Source of the DNA: Candidatus Woesearchaeota archaeon
GTDB lineage: Archaea > Nanobdellota > Nanobdellia > Pacearchaeales > GW2011-AR1
Direction of reading: 5' to 3'
Assembly: GCA_964647695.1 (NCBI GenBank)
Contig: CAZYIS010000001.1
Coordinates: 48,275-112,274 of the forward strand
DNA: 64,000 bases
Under the pieces are notes generated by a model, which was given only the letters and a program-made list of their open reading frames with translations, ran no database searches and was not told the origin of the DNA. Below, in pieces: positions 35,128 to 45,180 of this stretch (within the stretch, counting starts at the first letter, position 1; each line of letters starts with the position of its first letter). Both the position numbers and the translations under genes were made by a program.

Positions 35128-35701
35128 TATGCTCTCTAGTTGCTTTTTTCATTTCTCTAAGTAATCCTTCAATTATTTTTCTATTGATAAAATAACTCGT
35201 GGCCACATATGGGCAAGCATCATTCTTGCTTTTATCTCTCATAAAATCTGCGGCTACGTTTATTTCTTCGAGTTTTATCTTAGGCAATATCAATGGATAA
35301 AATTTAAACTCCTCACTCATATCGTGACCTATGGCTAATGTTTTTCCATAGGTTCCATCAGCCGTATGTCCTAGAAATCGATCAGGATATTCATCATTTA
35401 TTCCGAAAATTAAAGCAACACTACTAAAAACCGCCATATTTCCTTTTTCAATTTGGTAGGCTCTTGAAAAACCTTGGGCAACACCAATACTAGAATATAA
35501 TCTTTGATAAAATAACTCATTTGGTTCTTTTTTCATATCTTTATTTGCTCCAAAATAATGTCCGAATACTCCTCCATAATGTGGAACCTCATTCAATATG
35601 GATTGTAAATTCTTATTTTCTGCTCCATGAAATCCAAAAGATTTGAATCTTTTTAGGTTTGAAACCAATTCACTCCATCCGTTTATTTTTGAAACATTCA
35701 T
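35108..35701 (-). CDS. Hypothetical protein, possible ADP-ribosyltransferase-like fold
   Basis: GFHGAENKNLQSIL...HYF...SIGVAQGFS. Confidence 0.5.
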   Translation of the reverse strand: MNVSKINGWSELVSNLKRFKSFGFHGAENKNLQSILNEVPHYGGVFGHYFGANKDMKKEPNELFYQRLYSSIGVAQGFSRAYQIEKGNMAVFSSVALIFGINDEYPDRFLGHTADGTYGKTLAIGHDMSEEFKFYPLILPKIKLEEINVAADFMRDKSKNDACPYVATSYFINRKIIEGLLREMKKATREHIKSNRQ

Positions 35702-35804
35702 AATTTCACTATTGGTTCATCGTTCTTAAATCTTAGTATATTGTTGTAACTGGGCAATGACACTCTATGGAAAGATTTAAATAGCCTTTATTTGTTACTG
35801 GAAC

Positions 35805-36593
35805 ATGATAATTAAACCAGAATTGGTCAAGAGAATAAAAGATTACTTTAATTTGAATATTTACGAAGCTAAGGTATGGCTAGCATTGCTTTCCAAAGGA
35901 ATTGCTTCTGCCAGAGAAGTAGCTGACCTTTCCGGAGTACCAAGATCCAGAACCTATGACGTACTTGAAGGTCTAGAGAAGAGAGGATTTGCCATTACTA
36001 AGATTGGAAAACCAGTAAAGTATATTTCTGTTAAACCTATAGAAGTCATTGAAAAAATGAAAACCAATGTAATGCAAGATGCTCAAGAAAGAGTTAAATC
36101 TCTTGGAGAATTAAAAGGAACATCCGAATATACAGAATTAGAACAATTACATAATTCCGGAATTGCACCTATAAAATCCCATGACATAACAGGTTCATTA
36201 AAAGGAAGATCTAACATATTAACTAGACTAAGAGAAGTACTAGATAATGCTCAAAGTGAAGTAATTATTTCCACTTCAGTTTCAGATTTCGAAGATAAAA
36301 GCAGAGTACTGTTACCTGCAATTGAGAAAATGAATAAAAATAATGTCAAGGTAAAACTGTCTCTTTCTGGAGATCAAGATAAGGTAAGGAAATTGAATGC
36401 AAAACATGGTCTAAAAGCAAAATATAGCGAGTCCAATGCAAGATTTTTCATAGCTGACAAGAAAGAAACTTTCTTCATGGTTACCCCTGAAAATTCAGAA
36501 GAAGAAATGGGAGTATGGCTTCAAAGTCCATTCTTTACTTCATCCATAACTCAAATTTTAGATAATTCACTTAAATTAGGTTTGTTAAAGTAA
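35805..36593 (+). CDS. TrmB-family transcriptional regulator
   Basis: LNIYEAKVWLALL...SGVPRSRTYDVLEGLEKRGF...GKPVKY. Confidence 0.93.
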   Translation: MIIKPELVKRIKDYFNLNIYEAKVWLALLSKGIASAREVADLSGVPRSRTYDVLEGLEKRGFAITKIGKPVKYISVKPIEVIEKMKTNVMQDAQERVKSLGELKGTSEYTELEQLHNSGIAPIKSHDITGSLKGRSNILTRLREVLDNAQSEVIISTSVSDFEDKSRVLLPAIEKMNKNNVKVKLSLSGDQDKVRKLNAKHGLKAKYSESNARFFIADKKETFFMVTPENSEEEMGVWLQSPFFTSSITQILDNSLKLGLLK

Positions 36594-36597
36594 CACC

Positions 36598-36843
36598 ATG
36601 GGCTATGAACTCGTTCTTGATCCTTCGGGAAATTATCTTTCCAGCAATGGACAAAACTACAAGGGACATTTCAAACCTAATCACCTAAATCCTATTGAAA
36701 AAGCAATTTTAATGACTGCTGCAAGAAATACTATTAATTCTAATTATATTCTAGAAGCCAAGATAGTTCAAAGATGTTTTGCCTTTTTTGACCTAGAAAC
36801 TAGATTAAAACTAATTATTGATTATGAAGAAAGTAAGAGTTAA
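36598..36843 (+). CDS. Hypothetical protein
   Basis: 81-aa ORF 4 nt after the TrmB stop. Confidence 0.5.
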   Translation: MGYELVLDPSGNYLSSNGQNYKGHFKPNHLNPIEKAILMTAARNTINSNYILEAKIVQRCFAFFDLETRLKLIIDYEESKS

Positions 36844-38102
36844 TTAACCGTAAATTCAACCATATCCATTTCTTTTATCTTTTTAGCGTATTTTTTATCC
36901 CATTGCTCTAAAAATCGTTTAGCCGAATAATTAATCTTAATTTTACTGTGAATTGCTTTATTTTTAATAAATGTATTTTTATTAGCTTTCCTAAAAGCCG
37001 TAACTGCCTTTTTCATCTCCATTGGAGGTCCAATTTTTATCATTTCTCCCCTAGATTTAACAATAAGATAAAAATTAGCACTTTGCTTATCATCATATAA
37101 GAATTCCTTTCTAATGATTAAAAATTGTTTTTCTATATCTTTAATAACAAAGCTATAAAACTTTTTTAGTTTGGTTCCAGCTATATCTCCTGCCTGCTTA
37201 TTAGTAACTATTTTAACATTAACAAATTCTGCCTTTTTTCTATTAGCTTCTTCAATAATCTCCTCCACATCTATATTTTTTTCTTCAAAAAAGTCAACGC
37301 TAGGTTTACTTAAAAATTGTCTTGCTTTGTTTTGGAACTTTTGAAAAGTCTCATTGTTCAATGCGGCTAAAACGTTTCTATCTTTCCAGGTAGGATCAAT
37401 CAAAACGATAGGATTATTGAGCTTACTTTCATTTAGATTTATTATTATTTCATCTTCATTTTTATATCTTTTAGCCGGATCAAGTATTATTCTTCCTTTA
37501 ACCTTTACCAATTCCTTCAGCATCTTATCAAAACTCTTATAATATATCAATAAACATTCAAGAGCATAGCCTGAAAAACCTTTAATATAACTTTCAGCTC
37601 CATAAACTCCCTGGGCTTTACAGAATGTCTTGGCCATAGCTATTTGTTCAGCAATTTTTTTGTTTATATTTTTTTTAACATAGTTCACATGGAAATAGCT
37701 CAGATCAGTTACATTTCTTGCTTCTTTTGTCGTATTTATTTTAGTTACAGGTATTATTTCAAAGACAATATTCCCTCTTCGTATCTTAAAATAATCTCTA
37801 CTACCATGCAATCTTTCATAACCTTCTTTCAAATTTTTAGCAACTGATTTAACAACTTTTTCAAGTTCTTCCGATAGATTTTCATATTTCCAATCAAATC
37901 TAATAAATACATCTATATCATACTCCTTCTTTCTAACCAGCGTTCCTTTAGCATAGCTTCCACCTATAAATATTTCAGCATTAATTTTTTGATTTTTTAT
38001 TGCCCTTTCCAGTTCACTTTTAACAATTTTTAATTCAGATTTAATTATACTGACTTCTTTTTTATCTGGTAAAACTAGCATATTTTTGAGTATCTCTTTC
38101 AT
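36840..38102 (-). CDS. cca: Archaeal class I CCA-adding enzyme
   Basis: GGSYAKGTL, DIDVF, VYGAESYIKGFSGYALE and DPTWKDRNV. Confidence 0.93.
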   Translation of the reverse strand: MKEILKNMLVLPDKKEVSIIKSELKIVKSELERAIKNQKINAEIFIGGSYAKGTLVRKKEYDIDVFIRFDWKYENLSEELEKVVKSVAKNLKEGYERLHGSRDYFKIRRGNIVFEIIPVTKINTTKEARNVTDLSYFHVNYVKKNINKKIAEQIAMAKTFCKAQGVYGAESYIKGFSGYALECLLIYYKSFDKMLKELVKVKGRIILDPAKRYKNEDEIIINLNESKLNNPIVLIDPTWKDRNVLAALNNETFQKFQNKARQFLSKPSVDFFEEKNIDVEEIIEEANRKKAEFVNVKIVTNKQAGDIAGTKLKKFYSFVIKDIEKQFLIIRKEFLYDDKQSANFYLIVKSRGEMIKIGPPMEMKKAVTAFRKANKNTFIKNKAIHSKIKINYSAKRFLEQWDKKYAKKIKEMDMVEFTVN

Positions 38103-38136
38103 ACTAAGAATAAGTAATTTGGATATTTAAACTAAT

Positions 38137-38538
38137 TTATTTGTTCTGTTCTTTATCTTTCTGTTGTTTTCCAACCTTGCTAAGATCAACTATATACTTT
38201 CCATTCTCCAATTGGTATACTCTAGGTTTATCCATGGCAAATAATTTTGGCAAATCCAATAGATATTTACCTGGTTTCAATATTTTTATGCTTTCAAAAT
38301 CAAGGAAAACCGGCACTTCTTCATCTTCAACACCAGTAATATCCCTCACATCTTGTTCTATTTGCTGTTTTTCCTGATCTGTGAGCTTTGGTTCAAGTGC
38401 ACCCTGTTCAGTTAGCTGCTTTAGCTTCTCTTCTTTAATAAAAAAGAAAAATTTACTCTTACATTTACTACATCCAACCAGAATTTCATTGGATCCGTCT
38501 TTGAATATTTCTGAGCAGTGAACACATTTATAGGGCAT
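38137..38538 (-). CDS. oapC: OapC zinc-ribbon protein (DUF2072-like)
   Basis: MPYKCVHC...GCSKCKSKFF and ESIKILKPGKYLLDL. Confidence 0.85.
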   Translation of the reverse strand: MPYKCVHCSEIFKDGSNEILVGCSKCKSKFFFFIKEEKLKQLTEQGALEPKLTDQEKQQIEQDVRDITGVEDEEVPVFLDFESIKILKPGKYLLDLPKLFAMDKPRVYQLENGKYIVDLSKVGKQQKDKEQNK

Positions 38539-38583
38539 ATTAAAGAAAAATAAACTAGGTTAATAAAGTTTTATGTGATTTTA

Positions 38584-39354
38584 TTAATAGCCTAGGCTAA
38601 AACTATAGGTTCCTTCGCTTCCCTGTGGATCCATAATATCTATTTTAGCAGTGTAACCATTTGCATTACTTGGTTGTTGAACAATGCTGACTGTTCCTCT
38701 TCCGACAACATTATATAATTTAAGTGTTTTTCCATCCGTAGGTATTCCTGCTCCGAAACTATATAGTCCATTCAAATTCCCATGGCCATTCTCAATTACT
38801 TCAGTATATTTATTACCCTGCAAAGCCATTAATAATTCAGAGTCCACATTTCCAGAAAATGAGAATAAATTATTACTAACGCCATCTAAATTATTAACTA
38901 ATATCTTTGCTCTTCTGCAGGTCACATTATATTTCCCGTATAGCAATAATGAAGAGGGTCTAACATCATAGCAATTAAGATTTGATGCAGGAGAACAAGT
39001 ATACTCTGCATCAATATTACTATCACAAGTATCATCAGTTGCAGGATATGAACCTTTTCCGCTGGAAATAGGTACATAACTGTCTTCACCAATATTATAA
39101 TATTGTTCAGCATAACCATTGGGCAAGAAATTTCCTGAATTTTGAGTCAAAAGAGAATTATTGTCTATTGCCTGTTGCAAAGTCATAACATTTCCAGAAA
39201 CATTAACCATGACCTCATCGGAACTATGACCCATAACTGCAGGATTAGGATTAGGAGAATTATAGGCAAATGCAAATATTGCACCCACCATAGCAAATAA
39301 ACCTATAAACAAAACCAGGAGCTTTGTTTTTGTAATATTAACCTCTACTTTCAT
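38584..39354 (-). CDS. Membrane-anchored or secreted protein with a PAVMGHS.DE N-terminal module
   Basis: N-terminus nearly identical in pattern to 56967..57440. Confidence 0.7.
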   Translation of the reverse strand: MKVEVNITKTKLLVLFIGLFAMVGAIFAFAYNSPNPNPAVMGHSSDEVMVNVSGNVMTLQQAIDNNSLLTQNSGNFLPNGYAEQYYNIGEDSYVPISSGKGSYPATDDTCDSNIDAEYTCSPASNLNCYDVRPSSLLLYGKYNVTCRRAKILVNNLDGVSNNLFSFSGNVDSELLMALQGNKYTEVIENGHGNLNGLYSFGAGIPTDGKTLKLYNVVGRGTVSIVQQPSNANGYTAKIDIMDPQGSEGTYSFSLGY

Positions 39355-39384
39355 AATATATCTAGAATTAATTAGTATTTAAAT

Positions 39385-39774
39385 TTAATTTAACAACAAT
39401 TCAATTTTTTTTGGGTCTCTCTTTATTTCCTTAACCACCGAAGAAGGGCCTATAACCGTAAGTGCAGAGCTATCTCCAACTAAATTCTTTGCCAAATTAT
39501 ATTTCATTTTATCTATAAATCCTTTTTCTTTCATGCTAGGAGCAATAACTGCCAGTTCAATTCCCTTAAATCCTTTAATATGATCGACCATAGCCATGGT
39601 ATCTTCAATTAATCTTGCTTCCTCTTCTGCTCTTAATCTTCCATGGATAATCACAATTTTATTACTAAGTACCAGATCTAAAATCTTTTTTACCCTTTCG
39701 CTTATTCCCATCTTTTCCACTTCTGCGAAGGGTATTACCTGCATACTCAATCCATTTATTTTTTTATTTTTCAT
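39385..39774 (-). CDS. oapB: OapB (DUF2073-like)
   Basis: LRAEEEARLIEDTM...FKGIELA...LTVIGPS. Confidence 0.87.
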   Translation of the reverse strand: MKNKKINGLSMQVIPFAEVEKMGISERVKKILDLVLSNKIVIIHGRLRAEEEARLIEDTMAMVDHIKGFKGIELAVIAPSMKEKGFIDKMKYNLAKNLVGDSSALTVIGPSSVVKEIKRDPKKIELLLN

Positions 39775-39782
39775 CTTCTTTT

Positions 39783-40421
39783 TTATGCTTTTTTTGCCAA
39801 TTTAAATAACGATTCATAAAACTCATCCATATTTAATCCATCCTTTGCCGATATTCCCACCACATCATATTCTGGAAATGCTGCTTCAACTTTTTTAAGA
39901 TCTGCTTTTTTAAGATCAATTTTATTTGCTACAATCAACACAGGGATTTTTCTAGCAGCCACATTACCTATAATCGTAATATTTACCTGGGAATAAGGAT
40001 TTTCAGCGGAATCAAGAACCACCACTATGGCATCCATATCATCTAACCATTGAATACTTTCGATTATTCCCTGAGTAGCTTCCTTTGCTCTTTTTTTAGC
40101 ATCTCCTTTCTTTATTCCAAATTCTATAAACTCCTCATAATCAATTTTAGTTGCAATACCTGGAGTATCCACAAGTTTGAAGGTAAGTGTTTTGCCCTTA
40201 TGCTTTATTTCTACCTTCTCTTTGAATTGCACATGTCTAGTTTCGTGAGGCACCTTACTAGCCATACCTATTTCTTCTCCAGTCCAGTCTTTACATATCC
40301 TATTGGCCAAACTAGTTTTACCTGAATTTGGAGGTCCATAGAATCCAATCTTAATATTCTCTTTTTTTCTAAAGAGCATCTTAAGCATTCTCTTTGAAAA
40401 GTTTTTTAATATCTTTAACAT
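39783..40421 (-). CDS. oapA: Era-like GTPase OapA
   Basis: GPPNSGKTSL, PHETR, DTPG, NKID and SA motifs; upstream of oapB. Confidence 0.9.
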   Translation of the reverse strand: MLKILKNFSKRMLKMLFRKKENIKIGFYGPPNSGKTSLANRICKDWTGEEIGMASKVPHETRHVQFKEKVEIKHKGKTLTFKLVDTPGIATKIDYEEFIEFGIKKGDAKKRAKEATQGIIESIQWLDDMDAIVVVLDSAENPYSQVNITIIGNVAARKIPVLIVANKIDLKKADLKKVEAAFPEYDVVGISAKDGLNMDEFYESLFKLAKKA

Positions 40422-40430
40422 ATTTTTAAT

Positions 40431-43166
40431 TTAATAATTTGTTTTAATAAACCTTCCGTCTCCTGAATTTTGCTGCTTTCTCTTGTCAATTTCTCTTACC
40501 ACTTTTCTATTTTCTATAAATTTGAAAACTGGTATTTCCCACATTCCAGTTCTTTTTCCATCTATTTTTCTAAATGCATAGCTCAATTGTTCATTGGACC
40601 AATTATATTTTATCAATTGGGACATTATTTGATTATCGCTATTTCTTCCAACTCTAGCATTGAATATGAAATTTATTATATTATACAAATCATCTTTATT
40701 TTTGAAAAGGTGGGCTTCATATCTAAACTTATACCATTCCTGCAGAGCCAGATAAACCACCAGGAATATAACTATCAATAAAATATAGAACCATTTAGCA
40801 GTACTGGGCCTATTTCCTCCTTCTGGAGTTGGAGGCAATGCATCCACCACTACTCCTAGTTCTTTCATGTCTGGAGTAACATACATTCCCAAGTCAGCTA
40901 CACTTATTTTTTCAGGAATTAAGAATTCTATGCTTTTGTCACCATTAATCGGAATAGCCATATATCCACTCGATTGATCAAAAGAACCATTTTGTTTATA
41001 ATCCTCTTTGAATATTATCTGATTCATAGGATAATATATAATAAGATTAGCTGGGGTGCTAACTTTTCCTTTAGCATCTATTTTTATCTGAGTAAATGAA
41101 GGAATAAATCCTGTATCGGTTTGTTTAGATATTTGTTTATAGTTAACCATCACATTATAATTATCCGTATCCCATTTTATTATCTTTAATCTGATATTAT
41201 CTTTCTGAACGTTTGTAACCGCAGAATAATCTCCTTCTGAAAGGGTTAAAGCAGGAGCTACATTTATTCCTTGAAAACCTACATCTATAGGTAAGCTACC
41301 ACTTGCATCAGTAGCTATTCCATAGGGGACGTTCAAAGCGATAAGTTGATTCAGTAAAATTATTTTATCCGCATCTGTAGAATTACCAAATTGAACATTA
41401 AGATTATTAAGTGTATTATTAATATTAGTCATATTTAATTTATTCAATATGGCATTTCCTACCCAGGAATCATAGCTGCTCAAAACATTACTCATATTAT
41501 TTAGGCCAGAGGTATATCTATTAATTAAAATATTAAATGCCGTGGTCGGATTGCCAGCTATTATACTTATTATTTTTCTAGCCATTTTTCCATCCTGCCT
41601 TGTTACTTCTAATTCTAGATTAAACGTTCCATCCTTCATATATTTATGATTAGTATTTTTAGTTTGAGTTGTTACATCCGGAGCACCATCTCCAAACTTC
41701 CAAACCACCGAACTAACATTTTGATCCATGCTCAGAGTAAATGTAGTATCAATTCCCACCAAAACTGCTTTAGGATTAACATCAAATGAAAAACTAGGTG
41801 TTACATTTATAGGAATATCTGAAACCAATGAACTAGAATCAATATAAAAACTTAATTTCTTCTGTGAAGTATTCAAGGGCAAACTAAAATTAGCTTTTGC
41901 AATATCATAGTTAAGATACCCTGAACTCAAACTAGAGTTCACTGAATTTATGGAGTATAAACCGTAATTTATTTTAGAGACTGTACGTCCTTCTTCCGTA
42001 TATCCTAAAGCTCCAGAAAAGGTCAAATTTTGATCTATGCTAGAGGTTACAAGTATTGGAATTACGCAACCATTGGTACAGTTTGTCCCATAGGTATTAG
42101 TTATATAATTCGTAGAATCCATCGCCAGAGTATTCTCATTTAATATGGAGTAGGTATTATCATTTACAAAAAACTGCGAATTATTGAATTTTTTAGCCGT
42201 AGCAAATATACTAAATGTATCTCCGGTCGGATAATCTGGACCAAAGTCGGTTCCATAGCCCCCACATTTTATGCTGCTTTGACCATATACTTTAATTTTA
42301 TAGGGATTATCATTACTTCCAGAAATACAAACATAATACTCTCCTGCCCTTGCTCCTGGATTTTGCACTAAACAACTTACCGTCTGCCATGAATAATTAA
42401 TCTGCGGCAATGTACAACTAGGAGCATTGGCAATGTATCCATCATCAGCATAATATAGCTGCATAATTGCTTGAGTATTATATCCCTGAAAACTGATATT
42501 GGTTAAATTTGCCCCCAACAAAAATGCTGCTGAAGAAGGTAATGTAATCTTTTGGCATACTGGGCCGCCATTGGTTGTGCTAGGTAAGGCCAATTCTTCA
42601 GTAGGTATGGTTTGCTTATTCAAACAGCCATAGTTATCCGTGGTGCTGGACTCATTAGTATATCCATAGGTTTGAACATTACTTACATTCCATCCGACAA
42701 AATCAATCTTTGCACCTGGAAATTCGGACTGTCCGATATTACTCGTTGCTGATAAGTTTATAGAAGTAATGGCTACATTTGTTTTTCCAGAGACTATGTT
42801 AAATCCAATTAATTTTTTCTCATTGGCTGCTAAATGAATCGTGTTTAAGGCTCCGGCCGATGTAGTATACTGGGAAGTACAATTTTTAATTGTGCAATTG
42901 TATTCTATCCCTTCCTGAAAACCATTCAGTTTAATAAAATCCAATAACTTTATGCTATTATTAAAATTATCTCTCAAAATCGCATTAGTATTTTGATTTG
43001 TCAGACTAAAATTAATATTACCTCTTAAAGATTCCCCGCCATTATAATAATTTTCAATACTATTATTTCCATAGGCGAACGTTACACTGCTAGCATTAAC
43101 CTGAAAAATTGCAAAAGCCAGAACTACTAAAGTTAAAACTAAAAAACCTGCATGCTCTTTTTTCAT
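40431..43166 (-). CDS. Large membrane-anchored PKD-domain surface protein
   Basis: Signal peptide, WKFGDG...HKY..DGTF PKD motif and a C-terminal TM followed by LQEWYKFRYE. Confidence 0.8.
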   Translation of the reverse strand: MKKEHAGFLVLTLVVLAFAIFQVNASSVTFAYGNNSIENYYNGGESLRGNINFSLTNQNTNAILRDNFNNSIKLLDFIKLNGFQEGIEYNCTIKNCTSQYTTSAGALNTIHLAANEKKLIGFNIVSGKTNVAITSINLSATSNIGQSEFPGAKIDFVGWNVSNVQTYGYTNESSTTDNYGCLNKQTIPTEELALPSTTNGGPVCQKITLPSSAAFLLGANLTNISFQGYNTQAIMQLYYADDGYIANAPSCTLPQINYSWQTVSCLVQNPGARAGEYYVCISGSNDNPYKIKVYGQSSIKCGGYGTDFGPDYPTGDTFSIFATAKKFNNSQFFVNDNTYSILNENTLAMDSTNYITNTYGTNCTNGCVIPILVTSSIDQNLTFSGALGYTEEGRTVSKINYGLYSINSVNSSLSSGYLNYDIAKANFSLPLNTSQKKLSFYIDSSSLVSDIPINVTPSFSFDVNPKAVLVGIDTTFTLSMDQNVSSVVWKFGDGAPDVTTQTKNTNHKYMKDGTFNLELEVTRQDGKMARKIISIIAGNPTTAFNILINRYTSGLNNMSNVLSSYDSWVGNAILNKLNMTNINNTLNNLNVQFGNSTDADKIILLNQLIALNVPYGIATDASGSLPIDVGFQGINVAPALTLSEGDYSAVTNVQKDNIRLKIIKWDTDNYNVMVNYKQISKQTDTGFIPSFTQIKIDAKGKVSTPANLIIYYPMNQIIFKEDYKQNGSFDQSSGYMAIPINGDKSIEFLIPEKISVADLGMYVTPDMKELGVVVDALPPTPEGGNRPSTAKWFYILLIVIFLVVYLALQEWYKFRYEAHLFKNKDDLYNIINFIFNARVGRNSDNQIMSQLIKYNWSNEQLSYAFRKIDGKRTGMWEIPVFKFIENRKVVREIDKRKQQNSGDGRFIKTNY

Positions 43167-43206
43167 ATATTATACAACAATACTTTGTTTAAAAATATAA
43201 CTACCC

Positions 43207-43632
43207 CTAGGCTATTTCCCAATAAAACACCCTTATTCTTTTGGCCCTATCCAAGTTATCCAGAGTTAGGTTAGTGGATATTATTCTTTCTGAAGAATAT
43301 ATATTGCTTTTTTTATCAAAATTATTTAGGCTCGGATCACAACTTTGATTTATACTACACAATTTTAGGGTATAATTTAATTTGCTAGAGTCTAGATTAT
43401 TATTCAGCACTAGATTCAAATCATTTATTACATTAGTATCATTATTCAAAATTTCATTTCTCAAAGAATCATTGTTAGCTATATAGTTAAGCAGGGTTGA
43501 AATTTGATCGCTTGGATCTTTGACACTTTCTACTTTTTGACTAGAATATAATATCAAAAAAGCAGACAATATTATTAAAACTGCTAATGTAGCCTCTATT
43601 ATTCTTAGCCATGCTTTTTTATTTTTTACCAT
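43207..43632 (-). CDS. Pilin-like protein (class III signal peptide)
   Basis: KKA|WLRIIEATLAVLII. Confidence 0.7.
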   Translation of the reverse strand: MVKNKKAWLRIIEATLAVLIILSAFLILYSSQKVESVKDPSDQISTLLNYIANNDSLRNEILNNDTNVINDLNLVLNNNLDSSKLNYTLKLCSINQSCDPSLNNFDKKSNIYSSERIISTNLTLDNLDRAKRIRVFYWEIA

Positions 43633-44348
43633 GTTATTATTTTTAGATTAACTGGAACAATATTCCCCATACTATTATTAATCAAATTTAATTTATAATC
43701 TCTAGTATAAATTTCTAAACCGTTAGCCGTAGTGCTCTGGGCAGTTATTGAATAAGAATTGTTTATATGTAATATAAAACCAAAGTTTTGTCCGCGAGGA
43801 ATATTAAAGTAGGATTCAATGGCACTATAATTATGATCATATGCTTTTTTTAATTCATTAGCTTTACTTTCAGATATAAGTTCTCTTTCATCATTAGAAG
43901 TTATATTGTATCTACTCTCCCCATTAGCAGTACATCCACCAATTACTAAATTTTCATTAACATATGGGCTCAAATAGATTCTTGTAAAATTACTAATCTT
44001 ATCTATTCCATTTTTAGACTTTAAACAGATGGTTCCCGTAGAGTTATCAACAATGGTGGCATTTATTTCTTTTCCAAGATAGTCTTTAACCTGAACTCCA
44101 TAGCCAGTTATATCTTTATCCAATTTTATGGTAAAATTTGTTCCCATATTATTGTCCAACTGAACACCATAGATCAATAAATTACTACTCAGGTTATCTT
44201 TAATCTCCGAGTATAGGTTATCTAGATTAGCGGAAGCATTGCTCTTTTCCTTTGGAAAATTAAAGAAGTACAATATGGCTATAATTGAGCTAATAAATAG
44301 AACAAACGCTAGAATTGCTTCAATGTGACTTAAACCCTTTTTCTGCAT
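43626..44348 (-). CDS. Pilin-like protein (class III signal peptide)
   Basis: KKG|LSHIEAILAFVLF. Confidence 0.7.
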   Translation of the reverse strand: MQKKGLSHIEAILAFVLFISSIIAILYFFNFPKEKSNASANLDNLYSEIKDNLSSNLLIYGVQLDNNMGTNFTIKLDKDITGYGVQVKDYLGKEINATIVDNSTGTICLKSKNGIDKISNFTRIYLSPYVNENLVIGGCTANGESRYNITSNDERELISESKANELKKAYDHNYSAIESYFNIPRGQNFGFILHINNSYSITAQSTTANGLEIYTRDYKLNLINNSMGNIVPVNLKIITW

Positions 44349-44396
44349 TAGCTTTATTATGAAAAGCTCTTTATATACATTTTTCTTAACAAAATC

Positions 44397-45179
44397 ATGG
44401 ATTTAACAGAAGATTCACTAATTAATGAGATAAAGGACAAGAAAGAGCTAAATGGCATTTCTTCAAAGCTAGTGAAAGATATATTAATTGAAAAATTAAA
44501 AAAGAATGGTAAAAGTTTATCTGATTTTATTAATTTTTCCAAATATGATAAAAAACTAATAACCAAAGAGGTACGGGCTGAACTAAGACTCCTTCATGGG
44601 CGATTCAATAATCAAGTAACCAAAAGAACAAAAAAAGAAACCTTGTCCATAGAAGAACTATTGGAGACCCACAACTCCACAAAAGAGAGATTAGCAGATT
44701 ACCCTATAATTAAAGATCTAATATTAAAATTAAATCCTAAATCTATACTTGATCTAGGTTGCGGACTAAATCCTCTAGCTCTATTGGATACTATAAAAAA
44801 TATGGAATACTATGCATCCGATATAAATGAAAATGATCTAGAATTGATAAATAAGTATTTTAGACTAAATAATATAAAAGGAAAAGCATTCGTCTACGAT
44901 CTTAGAACCATTGGTTCTGAAAAGTTGCCCTGTGCCGATCTATGCATAATATTTAAGGTTCTGGACATAATTGAAAAGAAAGGTCACCGATTGGCAGAAA
45001 AAATACTTTCCTCCGTTGACTCAAAGCAATTTTTGGTCAGTTTTGCCACAAGAAAGTTATCCAATAAACCTATGAATAGACCCAAACGGGGATGGTTCGA
45101 ATACCTGCTGAAAAGATTAAACTACTCTTTTGAAATTTTAGAACTGGGTAATGAAGTAATTTATATAATTAAAAAGTAA
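44397..45179 (+). CDS. ArmA/Rmt(FmrO)-family 16S rRNA m7G1405 methyltransferase homolog
   Basis: LETHNSTKERL, SILDLGCGLNPL, SDIN, ADLCIIFKVLDIIE, VSFATRKLS and E-VY near the C-terminus. Confidence 0.85.
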   Translation: MDLTEDSLINEIKDKKELNGISSKLVKDILIEKLKKNGKSLSDFINFSKYDKKLITKEVRAELRLLHGRFNNQVTKRTKKETLSIEELLETHNSTKERLADYPIIKDLILKLNPKSILDLGCGLNPLALLDTIKNMEYYASDINENDLELINKYFRLNNIKGKAFVYDLRTIGSEKLPCADLCIIFKVLDIIEKKGHRLAEKILSSVDSKQFLVSFATRKLSNKPMNRPKRGWFEYLLKRLNYSFEILELGNEVIYIIKK

Positions 45180-45180
45180 A

